The position numbers were made by a program, and so were the translations under genes. Source: the human T2T-CHM13v2.0 reference genome, Homo sapiens. Taken from it: a stretch of 64,000 nucleotides of DNA. The DNA lies in NCBI RefSeq assembly GCF_009914755.1, contig NC_060940.1; one strand, 5' to 3'. The notes under the pieces are model-generated. The model saw nothing but the letters and a program-made list of their open reading frames with translations. It had not been told where the DNA came from and searched no databases. Of this stretch, positions 26,701-41,700 are shown in pieces (within the stretch, counting starts at the first letter, position 1; each line of letters opens with the position of its first letter).

Positions 26701-29700
26701 CTCAGAAAGCTTCTTTCTGAAGATATTTCCTTTTTCACCACAGGCCTCAATGCACTGCAAATTATCACTTCGCAGATTCTACAAAAACAATGTTTTCAAA
26801 CTTCTAAATGAAAAGAAAGGTTTAACTGTGAGATGAATACACACATCACAAAGTGGGTTCTCAGATAGCTTCTTTGTTGTTTCTGTTTTGGGTTATTCAC
26901 TTTTTTGAAATTGGCATCAATGAGCAACCAAATGTCCATTCACAGAATGAATGAAAACAGTGTTTCCAAACTGCTAAATCAAAAGAATGTTTTAACACTG
27001 CCAGGTGAATGCATACATCACAAAGCGGTTTCCAGATAGGTTAATTCTACTTTTTATCCTGGGATATTCAGTTTTTTGCAATGGCCTCAATGGGCATGCA
27101 AATTTCCATTCTCAGAATGGACATAAACTCTTTTTCCAAAAGGCTGACTCGAAAGTAAGTTTTAAGTCTGTGACATGAATGCACCTATCACAAAGTTATT
27201 TCTCAGTTACCTTCCTGCTAATTTTTATCTAGGAATATTTACTTTTTCAACATTGGCCTCAAAGAGCTCCCAAATATCCATTCACAGTATGTACAAAAAA
27301 TGTGTTTCCAAATTGCTGAATCCAAAGAAGGTTTTACCTCTGTGAGATGAATGCACACATTGCAAAGCAGTTTCTCAAAAAGTTTCTTTCTAGTTTTTAT
27401 CTGAAGATATTTTCTTTTCCACCACATGCCCCAATGCACTCCCAAATATCACTTCTCAGATTCTACAAAAACAGTGTTTCCAAAGTGCTGAATGAAACGA
27501 CAGTTTTACACATCACAAAGTAGTTTCTCAGATAGCTTCCTTCTAGTTTTTGTTCTGTGATATTCCCTTTTTCACCATAGGCCTTAATGAGCTCACAAAA
27601 ATCCCATCACAGATTCTAGAAAAACATTATTTCCAAACATCTGAATGCAAAAGAAAAGCTTAACTCTGCTAAATGGATGCACATGTGACAAAGCGGTTTC
27701 TCAGATAGCTTTCTTCTTGTTTTTGTCCTGGGATATTCACTTTTTTGCCATCGGCCTCATTGAGCTCTGAAATGTCCAATAGCAGGATGGAGAAAAAGAG
27801 TGTTTCCAAACTGCTGAATGAAAAGAAAGTTTTAACTCTGTGAGATGAATGCAAACATCAAAAGGAGTTTCTCAGAAAGCTTCTTTCCAGTTTTTAATCT
27901 GAAGATATTTTGTTTTCACCACAGGCCTCAATGCTCTCCCACATAGCCTTTCAAAGATACTAAAAAAACAGTGTTTCCAAACTGCTGAATCAAAAGAAAC
28001 CTTTAACAATGAGAGATGAATGCACATATCACAGGGCAGTCTCCCAGATAACTTCATTGTAGTTTTTATCATGGGATATTCACTGTTTCTCCTTTGGCCT
28101 CACTGAGCTGCCAAATATCCATTTGCAGAATGGACAAAAACAGTGTTTCCAAACTGGTGAATTAAAAGAAAAGTTCAACACTGTGAAACGAATGCACACA
28201 TTACAAAGCAGTTTCTCAGACAGCTTCTTTCTCGTTTTTATCTGAATTTACTTTCTTTTCCACTGTAGGCCTCAACATGCTCCTAAATTTGCCTTCACAG
28301 ATTCTGCAAAAACAGTGTTTCCAAACTAATGAAGGAAAAGCAAATTTTAATTCTGTGAGATGAATGCATATATCACAAAGCGGTTTCTCAGATAGCTTCC
28401 TTTTGTTTTTATCCTGGGATATTCACTTTTTCATGATTGACCTCAATGACTTTTCAAAAGTCCATTCACAGAATGGACAGAAACAGTGTTTCCAAACTCC
28501 TGAATCAAAAGAAAGTTTTCGCTCCGTGAGATCAATGCACACATCAGAAAGCAGTTTCACAAAAAGCTTCTTTCTGGCTTTTACCTGAAGATATTTTCTT
28601 TTTCACAATAGGACAAAATGTACTCCCAAATATCCCTTTGCAGATTTTAGAAAAATAGAGTTTTCAGACTGCTGAATGAGAGGATGGTTTATCTCTGTGA
28701 GATGAAGCACACATCACAAAGCCGTTTGTCAGATAGTTTCTTTCTTGTTTTTGTCCTGGGATACTCGCCTTTTTGCCATTGGCCTCAATCAGCTCCCCAG
28801 CGTCCCTTCACGGAATGGACTGAAAGAGTGTTTCCAAACTGGTGAATCAAGGAAAAGTTTAACTCTGTGAGATTAATGCACACAACACAGAGCAGAATGC
28901 TTCTTTCTAGTTTTTATCTGAAGATATTTTCTTTTTCACCATAGGCCTCAATGCCCTCCCAAATATCCCTTTGCAGATTCTAAAAACACAGTGTTTCCCA
29001 GCAGCTGAATGAAAAGGGATGAATGCACACATCACAAAGCAGTTTCTCAGAGAGCTTCCTTCTAGTTTTAATCCTGGAATATTTGCTTTTTCTCAATTGG
29101 CCTCAATGAGCTCCCAAATGTCCATTTGCAGAATAGACAAAAACAGTGTTTGCAAACTGCTGAATCAAAAGAAAGGCTTAACTCTATGAGATAAATGCCA
29201 ACCTAAAAAACCAGTTTCTCAGAAAGCTTTTCTCTAGTTTTTGTCTGAGGATATTTTTTTTTCACCAGAGCCTTCGATGCAGTACAACATATCCCTTTGT
29301 AGATTCTACAAAAATAGTGTTTCCAAACTGCTGAATGTATAGGAAAGTTAATTCTGTGAGATAAATGCACGCGTCACAAAGTGGTTTCTTCTATAGCTTC
29401 CTTCTAGTTTTTATCCTGGAAAATTCACCTTTTTGCCATTGGCCTCAATAAGCTCCCAAATGTCCATTCACAGAATGGACAAAAACAATGTTTCCTAATT
29501 GCTGAATGAAAAAACAATTTTATCTTTGTGCGATGAATGCACACACCAGAAAGCGGTTTCCAGATAGCTTCATTCTAGATTTTATCCTGGGTTATTTACT
29601 TTTTCAACACTGGCCTCAATGAGCTCCAAAATGTCCATTTGCAGAATGGACAGAAACAGTGTTTCCAAAGTGCTGAATCAAAAGAAAAGTTTAATTCTGT

Positions 29701-32700
29701 GAGATGAATGCAGACATCACAAAGCAGTTTCTTATAGAGCTTCTTTCTAGTTTTTACCTGAATATACTTTCTTTTTCACAATTAGCTTCAATGTGCTCCC
29801 AAATATAACCTCAAAGATTCTCCAAACACAGTGTTTCCACACTGCTGAATGATAAAATGGTTAACTCTGTGAGATGAAAGCACACATCACAAAGCTGTTT
29901 CACCAAAACCTTCTTTCTAGTTTTTACCTGAAGATATTTTCTTTTCCACTGTAGGCCTGAATGTGCTCCCTAAGATCCCTTTGCAGATTCTCCAAAAACC
30001 GTGCTTCCAAACTGCTGAATGAAATAAAGGATTAATTTTGCCAGATGAATGCGTACATCACAAAGGGTTTTCTCAGATATTTTCCTACTAGTTTTTATCC
30101 TGTGATATTCATTTGTTCTCCATTGGCCTCAATGACATACCAAGTGTCCATTCGGAGAATTGACAATCACAGTGTTTCCAAACAGCTGAATCAAAAAGAA
30201 AGATTTATCTCTGCTAGATGAATGCACATATCACCAAGCAGTTTCTCACACTGCTTTATTGTAGTTTTAATCTTGGGATATTTGCTGTTTCAACATTGGC
30301 CTCAATAAGCTTCCAAATGTCCATTCACAGAATGGACAAAAACAGTGTTTCAAAACTGCTGAATCAAATAAATATTTAACTCTGTGGAATGAATGCACAC
30401 ATCAGAAAGCAGTTTATCTGAAAACTTCTTCTAGTTTTTATCTGAATTTACTTTCTTTTTCACCATAGACTTCAAGACACTCCAAAATATCCCTTCACAG
30501 ATTCTACAAAAGCAGTGTTTCCATATTGTTGAATGAAAAAAAGATTTAATTCTGGTAGATGAATGCACACTTTGTAAAGCAGTTTCTCAGATAGGTTCTT
30601 CTAGGTTTTTTCCTGGGATATTCCTTCCAGTTTTTATCTGAAGATATTTTCCTTTTCAATGTAGGCCTCAATGCACTCCCAAATATCCCTTTGAAGATTC
30701 TACAAAAACAGTGCTTCCAAACTGCTGAATGAAAAGGCAAGTTTAATTCTGCAAGATGAGTGCACACATCACAAAGCAGTATTTCAGATAGCTTCATACT
30801 AGCTTTTATAATGGGATATTCACTTTTCTGCAATTGGCCTCAATGAGTTTCTAAGTGTCCACTTGCAGAATGGACAAAAACAGAGTTTCCGAACAACTCA
30901 ATCAAAAAAAAAGTTTAACTCTGCAAGATGAATGCAGACATCACAAAGCATTTTTTCAGATAGATTCCTTCCAGTTTTTATCCTTGGATATTAGCTTTTT
31001 CACCATTGGCCTCAATGAGCCTTCATATATCCTTTTGCAGAATGGACGGAAACAGTGTTTCCAAACTGCTGAACCAAAGAAAGATGTAGATCTGTGAGAT
31101 GAATGCACACATAACAAAGCAGTTTCTCAGATAGCTTCTTTCCAGTTGTTTTCCTGGGATAGTCTCTTTGTCTTTGTTGGCCTTGATGAGCTTTCAAATG
31201 TCCTTTCATAGAATGGACAGAAACAGTGTTTCCAAACTGCTGAATCAAAAGAAAATTTTAAATCTGTGAGATGAATGCACATATCAAAACGCAGTTTCTC
31301 AGAAAGTTTCTTTCTAGTTTTTATCTGAAAATAGTTTTTTTCACCATAGGCCTCCATGCACTTCCAAATATCCCTTCACAGGTTTTACAAAAATAGTGTT
31401 TCCAAATTGCTGATTCAAAAGAAAATTTAAATCTGTGAGATGAATTCACACATCACAAATCTGTGTCCTTCTACTTTTTATACTGGGATATTTGCTTTTT
31501 CGCCATTGGCCTCAATGAGCTCCAAAATGTCCATTCGTGGAAAGGAGAAAAACAGTGCTTGCAAACTGCTGAATCAAAAGAAAGGTTTAACTCTTTAAGA
31601 TGAATACCCACATCAAAAACCAGTTTCTCAGAAAGCTTTTTTCTAGTTCCTTTCTGAGGATTTTTTTTTCACCAGAGGCTTTGATGCGCTCCCACATATC
31701 CCTTTGCATATTCTACAAAATAGTGTTTTGAAACTGCTAAACATATAGAAATGTTAACTCTGTGAGATGAATGCACACATCACAAAGTGGTTTCTCAGAT
31801 AGCTTCCTTCAAGGTTTTATCCTGGAATATTCGCTTTTTCACCTTTGGCCTCAATGAGCTTACGATAGTTCATTTCCAGAATGGACAAAAACAGTGTTTC
31901 CAAATTACTGAATGAAAGGAAACGTTTGTCTCTGTGATGTGAATGCACACATCACAAAGCAGTTTCCAGATAGCTTCTTTCTAGATTTTATCTTGTGATA
32001 TTTGCTTTTTCATCATTGACATCAGTGAGCTCCAAAATATCCATTCACAAAATGGACAATAACAGTTTTTCCAAACTGCTGAATCAAAAGAAAAGTTTAA
32101 CTCTGTGAGATGAATGCACACACCACAAAGCAGTTTCTTAGAGAGCTTCTTTCTAATTTTCATCTGAATATACTTTGTTTTTCACTATAGGCCTCAATGT
32201 GTTCCCAAATATCCCTTTGAAGGTTCTACAAAAACAGTGTTTCCAAATTGCTGAATGATAGAATTTTTTTAACTCTGTGAGATGAATTCACACATCACTA
32301 AGCTGTTTCACTGAAATCTTCTTTCTGGTTTTTATCTGAATATATTTTCTTTTTCACTGAAGGCCTGAATGTGCTCCCTAAGATCCCTTCACAGATTCTA
32401 CAAAAACCGTGCTTCCAAACTACTGAATAAATATAAAGGTTTAATTCTGCCAAACGAATGTGTACATCACTAAGTTATTTCTCAGATATCTTCCTACTGG
32501 TTTTTATCCTGGGATATTAACTTTTTCACCATTGGCCTCAATGAGCTCCCAAGTGTTCATTCACAGAATGGACAAAAACAGAGTTTACAAACTGCTCAAT
32601 CAAAAATAGTTTAACTCTGCAAGATGAATGTTCACATCATAAAGCGGGCTCTCAGATAGATTCCTTCCAGTTTTTAACCTTGGATATTCACTTTTTTGCC

Positions 32701-35700
32701 ATGGGCCTCAAAGAGCTCCCAAATGTCCATTTGCAGAATGGACAAAAAGTGTTTCTGAACTGCTGTATCAAAAGAAAGGTTTAACTATGTGAGATGAATG
32801 CACACATCACATTATGGTTTCTAAGGCAGCTTCCTTCTTGTTTTTATTCTGGGATATTCACTTTTTCGCCATTGTCCTCAATGAGCTCCCAAATGTCCAT
32901 TTGCAGAATGGACAAAGACAGTGTTTGAAAAGAGCTGTATGAGAAAAAGTTTTAACTATGTGAGATAAATCCACATGTCACAAAGCAGTTTCTCAGAAAG
33001 TTTCTTTCTAAGTTTATTTGAAGATATATTCTTTTTCACCATATACCTCAATGCATTTCCAAATATCCTTACACAGATTCTACAAAAACAGTGTTTCCAA
33101 ACTGCTAAATGTAAAGAAATGTTTAACACTGACTTATGAATGCACACATCATGAAGCAGTTTCTCAGATAGCTTCCTTCCAGTTTTCATCCTGGGATATT
33201 TGCTTTTTTCACCATTGGCCTCAATGAGCTCCCAAAAGTGCATTCACAGAATGGACAAACACAGTGTCTCCAACTGCTGAATCAAAAGAAAAGTTTAACT
33301 GTGGGAGGCAGTTTGCACACAACGCAAACTGGTTTCTCAGTTTGCTTCCTTCTAGTTTTTACTGTGGGATACTCACTTTTTTGCTATTGGCCTCAATGTG
33401 CTCCCAAATGTCCATTGGCAGAATGGACAAAAACAGTATTTCCAAACTGCTGAATCTAAAGAAAGGTTTTACACTGTGAGATGAATGCACACCTCACAAA
33501 GCAGTTTCTCAGAAAACTTCTTTCTAGTTTTCAACTGAACGTATTTTCTTTTTCACCATAGACCTCAATGCACTCCAAAATACCCCTTCCCAGATTGTAC
33601 AAAAACAGTGTTTCCAAAGTGATGTATCAAAAGAAAGGTTTAACTGTGGGAGATGAATGGACACATCACAAAGTGGTTTCTAAGACAGCTTCCTTCCACT
33701 ATTTATCCTGGGATAATTGCTTTTTCGCTATTGGACTGAATGAGCACTCAGATATCCATTCGCACAATGGACAATCACGGTGTTTCCAAACAGCTGAATC
33801 AAAAGAAAGGTTTTTCTCTGTTAGATGAATGCACACATCACAAAACGGTTTCTCAGACTGCTTTATTGTAGTTTTTATCATGGGATATTCAATATTTTGA
33901 TGTTGGCCTCAATGAGTTCCCAAATGTCCGTTCACAGAATGGACAAAAACAGTGTTTCAAAACAGCTGAATCAAAGAAAGTTTAACTCTGTGAGATGAAT
34001 GCACATATCAGAAAGCAGTTTCTCAGAAAGCTTCTTCTAGTTTTTATCTGAATTTACTTTATTTTCACCATAGACCTCAAGGTGCTCCCAAATATCCCTT
34101 TGCAGATTATACAAAAACAGTGTTTCCAAACTGCTGAATGGAAAAAAAAAAGGTTTAACTCTGTGGGATGAACGTACCCTTTGTGAAGCGGTGTCTCAGA
34201 TATATTTCTTCTAGTTTTTTTCCTGGGATGTTCACTTTTTTGCCATTGGCCTCACCGAGATCCCAGTGTTCATATGCAGAATTGACAAAAAGAGTGTTTC
34301 CAAACTGCTGAATCAAAAGAATGGTTTAACTCTATGAGATGAATGCAAACTTCACAAAGCAGTTTCTCAGAAAGCTTCCTTCTAGTTTTTATCTGAAGAT
34401 ATTTTCTTTTTCACCATAGTCCTCAATGAGCTTCCAAATATCAAATTGCATATTCTTTAAAAACAGTGTTTCCAAACTGCTGAATGAATAGAAAGGTTTA
34501 GCTCTGTGAGGTGAATCCACACATGACAAAGTGGATTCTCAGATAGCTTCCTTCTATTTTTTATCATGGGAGATTTTATTTCTGACCATTGGCTTCAATG
34601 ATCTCCCAAATGTCCATTCACAGAATGGACAAAATCAGTTTTTCCAAACTACTGAATCAAAAGAAAGGTTTAGCTCTCTGAGAGGAATGCACACATCACA
34701 AAGCAGTTTCTCAGAAAACTTCTTTCTGGTTTTTTTCTGAAGACATTTTCTTTTTCACAATAGGTCTCAATGCACTCCCAAATATCCCATCACAGATTTT
34801 TTAAAAATAGTGTTCCAACTGCTGAAAGAATAGAAAGGTTTAACTCTGTGAGATGAAGGTACACATGACAAAGCAGATTCTCAGACAGCTTCCTTCGAGA
34901 TTTTATCCTGGGATATTTGCTTTTTCACAATTGGCCTCAATGAGCTCCCAAATGTCCATTTACCCAACGGAGAAATACAGTTTCCAAACTGCCGAATCAA
35001 AAGAAAGGTTTAAATTTGTGAGATGAATGCGCACCTCCCAAAGCAGTTTTTCAGAAAGCTTCTTTCTAGTTTTCATCTGAAGATATTTTCTTTTTCACCA
35101 TAGGCCTCAATACTCTCCCAAATATCCCTTCACAGATTCTACAGAAACAGTGTTTCCAAACTGCTGAATGAAAAGAATGGCTTCACTCTGTGAGACTAAT
35201 GCAGACATCACAAAGCAGTTTCTGAGATAGCTTCCTTGTAGTTTTGATCCAAGCATATTCATTATTTCCATTGGCCTCAATGAGCTCCCAAATATACATT
35301 CACAGAAATGGACAAAAACAGTGTTTACAAATTTTTGTATGTAAAGAGAGGTGTAACTGTGTGAGAGGAATTTATACATAACAAAGCAGTTTCTCAGAAA
35401 GCTTCTTTCTGGTTTTTATCTGAAGATATTTCTTTTTTCACCATAGTCCTCAATGCACTTCTAAAAGTCCCTTTGCAGATTCTAAAATATACTGTTTCAA
35501 AACTGCTCACTGAAAAGAAAGGTTTAACTCTGAGGGATGAATGCACATATCACAAAGTGGTTTCTAGATAGCTTCCTTCTAGTTTTTATCCTGGGATATT
35601 TTCTTTTTCACCATTGGCATCAAAAAGCTCCCAAATATCCATTCACAGAAGGAACAAAAACAGTATTTCCAAACTGCTGAATCAAAAGAAATTTTTATTT

Positions 35701-38700
35701 CTGAGAGTTGAATGCACACATGACAAAGCAGTTTCTCAGAAATCTTCTTTATTGTTTTTATGTGAAGATATTTTATTTTTCACCATAGGACTCAATGCTC
35801 TCCCAGATAGCCCTTTGCAGATCCAGAAAAGCATTGTTTCCAAATTGTTGAATGAAAATAATGGTTTAATTCTGTGAGATGAATGAACCAATCACAAAGT
35901 GGTTTCTCAGATAGCTTCCTTCTAGTTTTCATTCTGGGATGTTCACTTTTTTCAACGTAGGCTTCAATGCAACCCCAAATACCCCTGTGCAGATTCCACC
36001 ATTCTCGTGCAGAAACCATCATTCTCAGCCAACTATCACAAGGACAGAAAACCAAACACTGCATGTTCTCACTCATAGGTGCGAATTGAACCATGAGAAC
36101 GCTTGGACACAGGAAGGGAAACATCACACACCAGGGCCTGTCATGGGGACGGTGGAGGGGGCAGGGATAGCATTAGGAGATATACTTAATATAAATGATG
36201 ATTTAACGGGTGCACACACCAACATGGCACATGTATACATATGTAACAAACCTGCACATTGTGCACTTGTGCCCTAGATCTTAAAGTAAAATTTAAAAAG
36301 AGAACAGAAAGGTTTAATTCTCTGAGATGAATGCACACATCTCAAAGTGGTTTCTCAGACATCTTCCTTCTAGTGTGTATCCTTTGATATGTGCTTTTTT
36401 GCCATTGGCTTCAATGCGCTCCCAAATGTCCATTGACAGAAAGGAAAAAGTGGTGTTTCCAAACTGCTGAATGAAAAAAAAGTTTAATTTTGTGAGATGA
36501 CTGCATACATCACAAAGAGGATTCTAAGATAGTTTCCTTCTAGTTTTTTCTGGGGATATTTTCTTATTTGCCATCGGCCTCCATGAGCACCCAAATGTCC
36601 ATTTGCAGAATGGAGAAAAACAGTGTTTCCAAACTGCTGAATCAAATGAAAGGTTTAACTCTGTAAGACAATTTATGTGCACACATCAGAAAGCAGTTTC
36701 TCAGAAATCCTCTTTCTAGTTTTTAATCTGAATTTATTTTCTTTTTCACCATAGGCTTGAATGTGCTCCCATATGTCCCTTTGCAGTTACTACAAAAACA
36801 GTGTTTCCAAACAGCTGAATGAAAATGAAAGTTTAACTCTGTGAGATGAATCCAAACATTGCAATGTGGTTTCTCAGATAGCTTCCTTCTAGTTTTTATT
36901 TAGGGATATTTGCTTTTTTGTCATTAGCCTCAATAAGCTCCAAAAAGTCCATTCAAAGAATAGGCAAAAATAGTGTTTCTAAACTGCTGAGTGAGAATGG
37001 TTTAACTCTGTGAGATGAATGCACACATCACAGAGGAGTTTCTCAGGAAGTTTAGTTCCAGTTTTTACCTGAAGATATTTTCTTTTTCACCATAGGCCTC
37101 AATGTGCTCCCAAATATCCCTTCACAGATTCTAGATAAACAGTGTTTCCATAATGCTGAATGAAAAGAAAGGTTTAACTCTATGAGATGAAGGCACACAT
37201 CAAAAATCAGTTTCTCAGAAAGCTTCTTTCTAGTTTTTACATAAAGGTATTTTCTTTTTCACCATAGGCTCCCAAATATACCTGTGCAAGTTTTACAAAA
37301 ACAGTGTTTGCCAACTGCTGAATGAAAAGAAAGTTTAACTCTGAGAGATGAATGCACACATCTCAAAGTGGTTTCTCAGATAGTTTTCTTCTAATTTCTA
37401 TCTTGGGATATTTGCTTTTTTTGCCATTGACCTCAATGAGCTCTCAAATACCCATTCACAGAATGGACAAAAAAACAGTGTTACAAATTGCTAAGTCAAA
37501 AGAAATGTCTAACTCTGTGAGTTGAATGGACAAATCACAAAGCAGTTTCTCAGAAAGCTTCTTTCTACTATTTATATGAATACAGTCTCTTTTTCACCAT
37601 AGCCTCAATGCACTCCCAAGTAACCCTTTGCAGATTCTTCAAAAACAGTTTTTCCAAACTCCTGAATGAAAAGAAAAGTTAAAATCTGTGAGGCAAATGC
37701 ACACATCACAAAGGAGTTTCTCAGAAACTTTCTTTATTTTTGTTGTGTGAAGATATTTTCTTTTTCAACATAGGCCTGTATGCCCTCCCAAGTATCACTT
37801 TGAAGATTCTACAAAACAGCCTTTCAAAACTGCTGAATGAAAAGAAAGGTTTATCTGTGTGAGATGAATGTGCACACCACAAAGGGGTTTCTCAGATAGC
37901 TTCATTCTATTTTTTATCCTGGGATATTCGTTTTTTCACCAGTGGCCTCAAAGATCTCCAAAATGTCCATTCAAAGAATGGGCAAAAACAGGGTTTCCCA
38001 ATTGCTCAGTAAAAAGGAAGTTTTAACTCTGTGAGATGAATGCACACATCACAAAGCAGTTTCTCAGATAGCTTCCTTCTAGTTTTTATCTGAAGATATT
38101 TTCCTTTGCAACATAGGCCTCAATATGCTCCCATATATTCTTTGGCATATTCTACATAAACAGTGTTTCCAAACTGCTGAATGAAAAGAAAAGTTTAACT
38201 CTTTGAGGTTAATGCACACAACACAAAGTGGGTTTTTAGACAGCTTCATTCTAATTTTTTTCCTGAGATATTCAGTTTTTCACCACTGGCTTCAATGAGA
38301 TTCAAAATGTCCATTCACAGAATGGACAAAAACAGAATTTTTAAACTGCTGAACTGAAAGAAAGTGAAACTCTATGAGATGAATGCACACATCACCAAGC
38401 AGTTTCTCATAAAGCTTCTTTCTAATTTTTATCTGAAGATATTTTCCTTTTCACCATAGGTCTCAATGTGCTCCCAAATATCCCTTTCCTGATTCTTCAA
38501 AAATAGGGTTTTTAAAATGCTGAATGAAAAGAAAGGTTTATCTCTGCAAAATGAAGGCACACATCACAATGCCTTTTCTCTGATATCTTCTTTCTTGTTT
38601 TTATCCAGGGGTATTCACTTTTCTGCTATTGGCCTCCATGAGCTCCCAAATGTTCATTCACAGAATGGACAAAAACAGTGTTTCCAAACTCCTGAAGGAA

Positions 38701-41700
38701 AAGAAAGGTTTAAATCTGCGAGATGAATGCACACATCAAAAAACCGTTTCTGAGACAGCTTCCTTCTAGTTTTTATCCTAGGATATGCTTTTTCACCACT
38801 GGCCTCGAACTCCCAAATGTCAATTTGCAGAATGGACAAAAACTGTGTTTTGAAACCACTGAATCAAAAGAAAGTGGTAACTCCGTGAGATGAATGCATG
38901 CATCAAAATGCTGCTTCTCAGAAAGCTTCTTTCTAGTTTCTATCTGAAGATATTTTCAACCTAGGTCTATATGGGCTCCCAAATATCCCTTCGCAGATTC
39001 TTTAAAACAGCGTTTCCAAACTGCTCAAAGAAAAGAAAGGTTTAACGCTGCATGTTGAATGCACACATCACAATGCAGTTTCTCAGACAGCTTTCTTCTA
39101 ATTTTTATTCTGGGATATTCACTTTTTTTTGCTTTTGTCCTGAATGAGCTCCCAAACGTCCATTTGCAGAATTGACAAAAACAGTTATTCCAAACTGCTG
39201 AATCAACAGAAAGTTTTAACTCTGTGAGATGAATGCACACATCACAAAGCAGTTTCTCAGAAAGCTTCTTTCCAGTTTTTATCTGAAGATATTTTCTTCT
39301 TCACCTTAAGCCTCAATGTACACACAAATAGTCCTGCACAGATTCTACAACAGTGTTTCAAAACTGCAGCATGAAAAACAAAGGTTTAAATCTGTGGGAC
39401 AAATGCACACATCACAATGTGGTTTCTCAGATAGATTTATTCTAGTTTTTATCCTGGGATATTAGCTTTTTCACCACTAGCCTCAATGAGCTTCCAAATG
39501 ACCATTCATAGAAAGGATGAAAACAGTGTTTCCAAAGTGCTGAATCAAAAGAAAGGTTTAACTCTGTGAGACGAATGCACACATCACAAAGTGGTTTCTC
39601 AGAAAGGTTCCTTCTAGTTTTTATCTGAAGATATTTTCTTTTTCACCATAGGGTGCAACATACTCTCAAATATCCCTTCACCAATCGTACAAACACAGTG
39701 TTTCCAAAATGCTGAATGAAAAGAAAGGTTTAACTTTGTGAGGTGAATGCACACATGACAAAATAGTTTCTCAGATAGCTTTCTTGTAGTTTTTAACCTG
39801 GGATATTCCCCTTTTTCCATTTTCCTCAATGAGCTCCCAATTGTCCATTTGCACATTGGACAAAAAATGTGTTCCCAAACTGCTGAATCAAAAGTATGGT
39901 TTAACTCTGACCTGAATGTACACATCACAAAGTTATTTATCAGGTAGTTTCCTTCTAGTTTATATCCTGGGATATTTGCTTTTCCACCACGGGCTTCAAT
40001 GAGCTTGCAAATTTCCATTCCCAGAAGGGACAAAAACAGTGTTTCCAAACTGCTGTATGAAAAGGAAAGGTAAAGTCTGTAAGATGAATGCACACGTCAC
40101 AAAGCAGTTTCTCAGAAAGCTTCTTTCTAGTTTTTATGTGAAGATGATTTCTGTTTCACCATAGGCCTCAAAGTGCTCCCAAATATCCCTTTGCAGATAA
40201 CTGCTGATTTAAAAGAAAGATTTAACTTTGCAAGATGATTGCACACATCACAAAGCAGTTTCTCAGATAGATTTTTTTTAGTTTTTATCCAGGGATATTC
40301 ACTTTTTCACAATTGGTCTCAATGAGATTCCAAATGTCCATTCACAGAATGGACAAAAACAGTGTTTCCAAACTACTCTATCAAAAGAGAGGTTTAGCTG
40401 TGAGAGGAATGTACACCTGTCAAAGCAGTTTCTCAGAAAGCTTCTTTCTAGTTTTTATCTGTATTTTCTTTTTCACCATAGTCTCAAAATTCTCCCAAAT
40501 ATGCCTTCGCATATTCTACAAAATCATTGTTTCCAAACTGCTTAATGAAAAAAAAGTTTAACTTTGCGAGGTGAATGCATACGTAACAAAGTATTTTCTC
40601 AGATAGTTTCCTTCTAGTTTTTGTGTCTGGATATTTGCTTTTTCTCCAGTGGCCTCTATGATCTCCCAAATGTCCACTCACAGAAAAGACAAACTGGTGT
40701 TTCCAAACTGCTGCATCAATGGAAAGTTTATCTCTGTGAGATGAATGCACACATCAAAAAGCAGTTTCTCAGAAAGCTTCCTTCTACTTTTTATCTGAAG
40801 ATATTTTCTTTTTCACCATTGGCCTCAATGCACTCCAAAATATCCCTTTGCTGATTTGACAAAAACAGCATTTCCAAACTACTGAATGAAAATAAAGGTT
40901 TAACACTGTAAAATGAATGCACACTTCATAATGCCATTTCTCAGATAATTTCTTTCTAGTTTTTTTCCTCGGATGTTTGCTTTTTTGCCTTAGCTCTCAA
41001 TGCCCTCCCAAATATCTCTTTGCAGATTCTACAAAAACAGTGTTTCCAAACTGATGAATGAAAAGAAAGGTTTAATTCCGTGAGATAAATGCAGACATCA
41101 CATAACGGTTTCACAATAGCTTCGTAGTAGTTTTTATCCTCAGATATTCACTTTTTCACCTTTGGACTCAATGAGCTCCTAAATGTCCATTCACAGAATG
41201 CACAAAAAAGTGTCTCCAAACTGCTGAATCAAGAGTAAGTTTTCACTCAGTGAGATGAATGCACACATCACAAAGCAGTTTCTCAGAAAGCTTCTTTTCG
41301 TTTTTATCTGAATATATTTTCTTTTTCACCCTAGGCCTCAACGTACACCCTAATATTACTTGGCAGATTCAACAAAAACAGTGTTTCCAAACTTCTGAAT
41401 GAAAAGAAAGATTTAACTCTGAGAGACGAATGCTGACTTCACAAAGGGGTTTCTCAGATAATATCCTTCCAGTTTTCTTCCTGGGGTATACAGTTTTTCA
41501 CAAATGGCATCAGTGAGTTCCCTAATGTCCATTCCCAGAATGTACAAAAACAGTGTTTCCAAACTGCTGAATCAAAGGAAAGGTTTAACCCTGTGAGAGG
41601 AATGCACACCTCTTTAAGCAGTTTCTCAGGAAACTTCTTTCTAATTTTTATCTGAAGATATTTCCTTTTTCACCACAGGCCTCAATGCACTCGCAAATAT

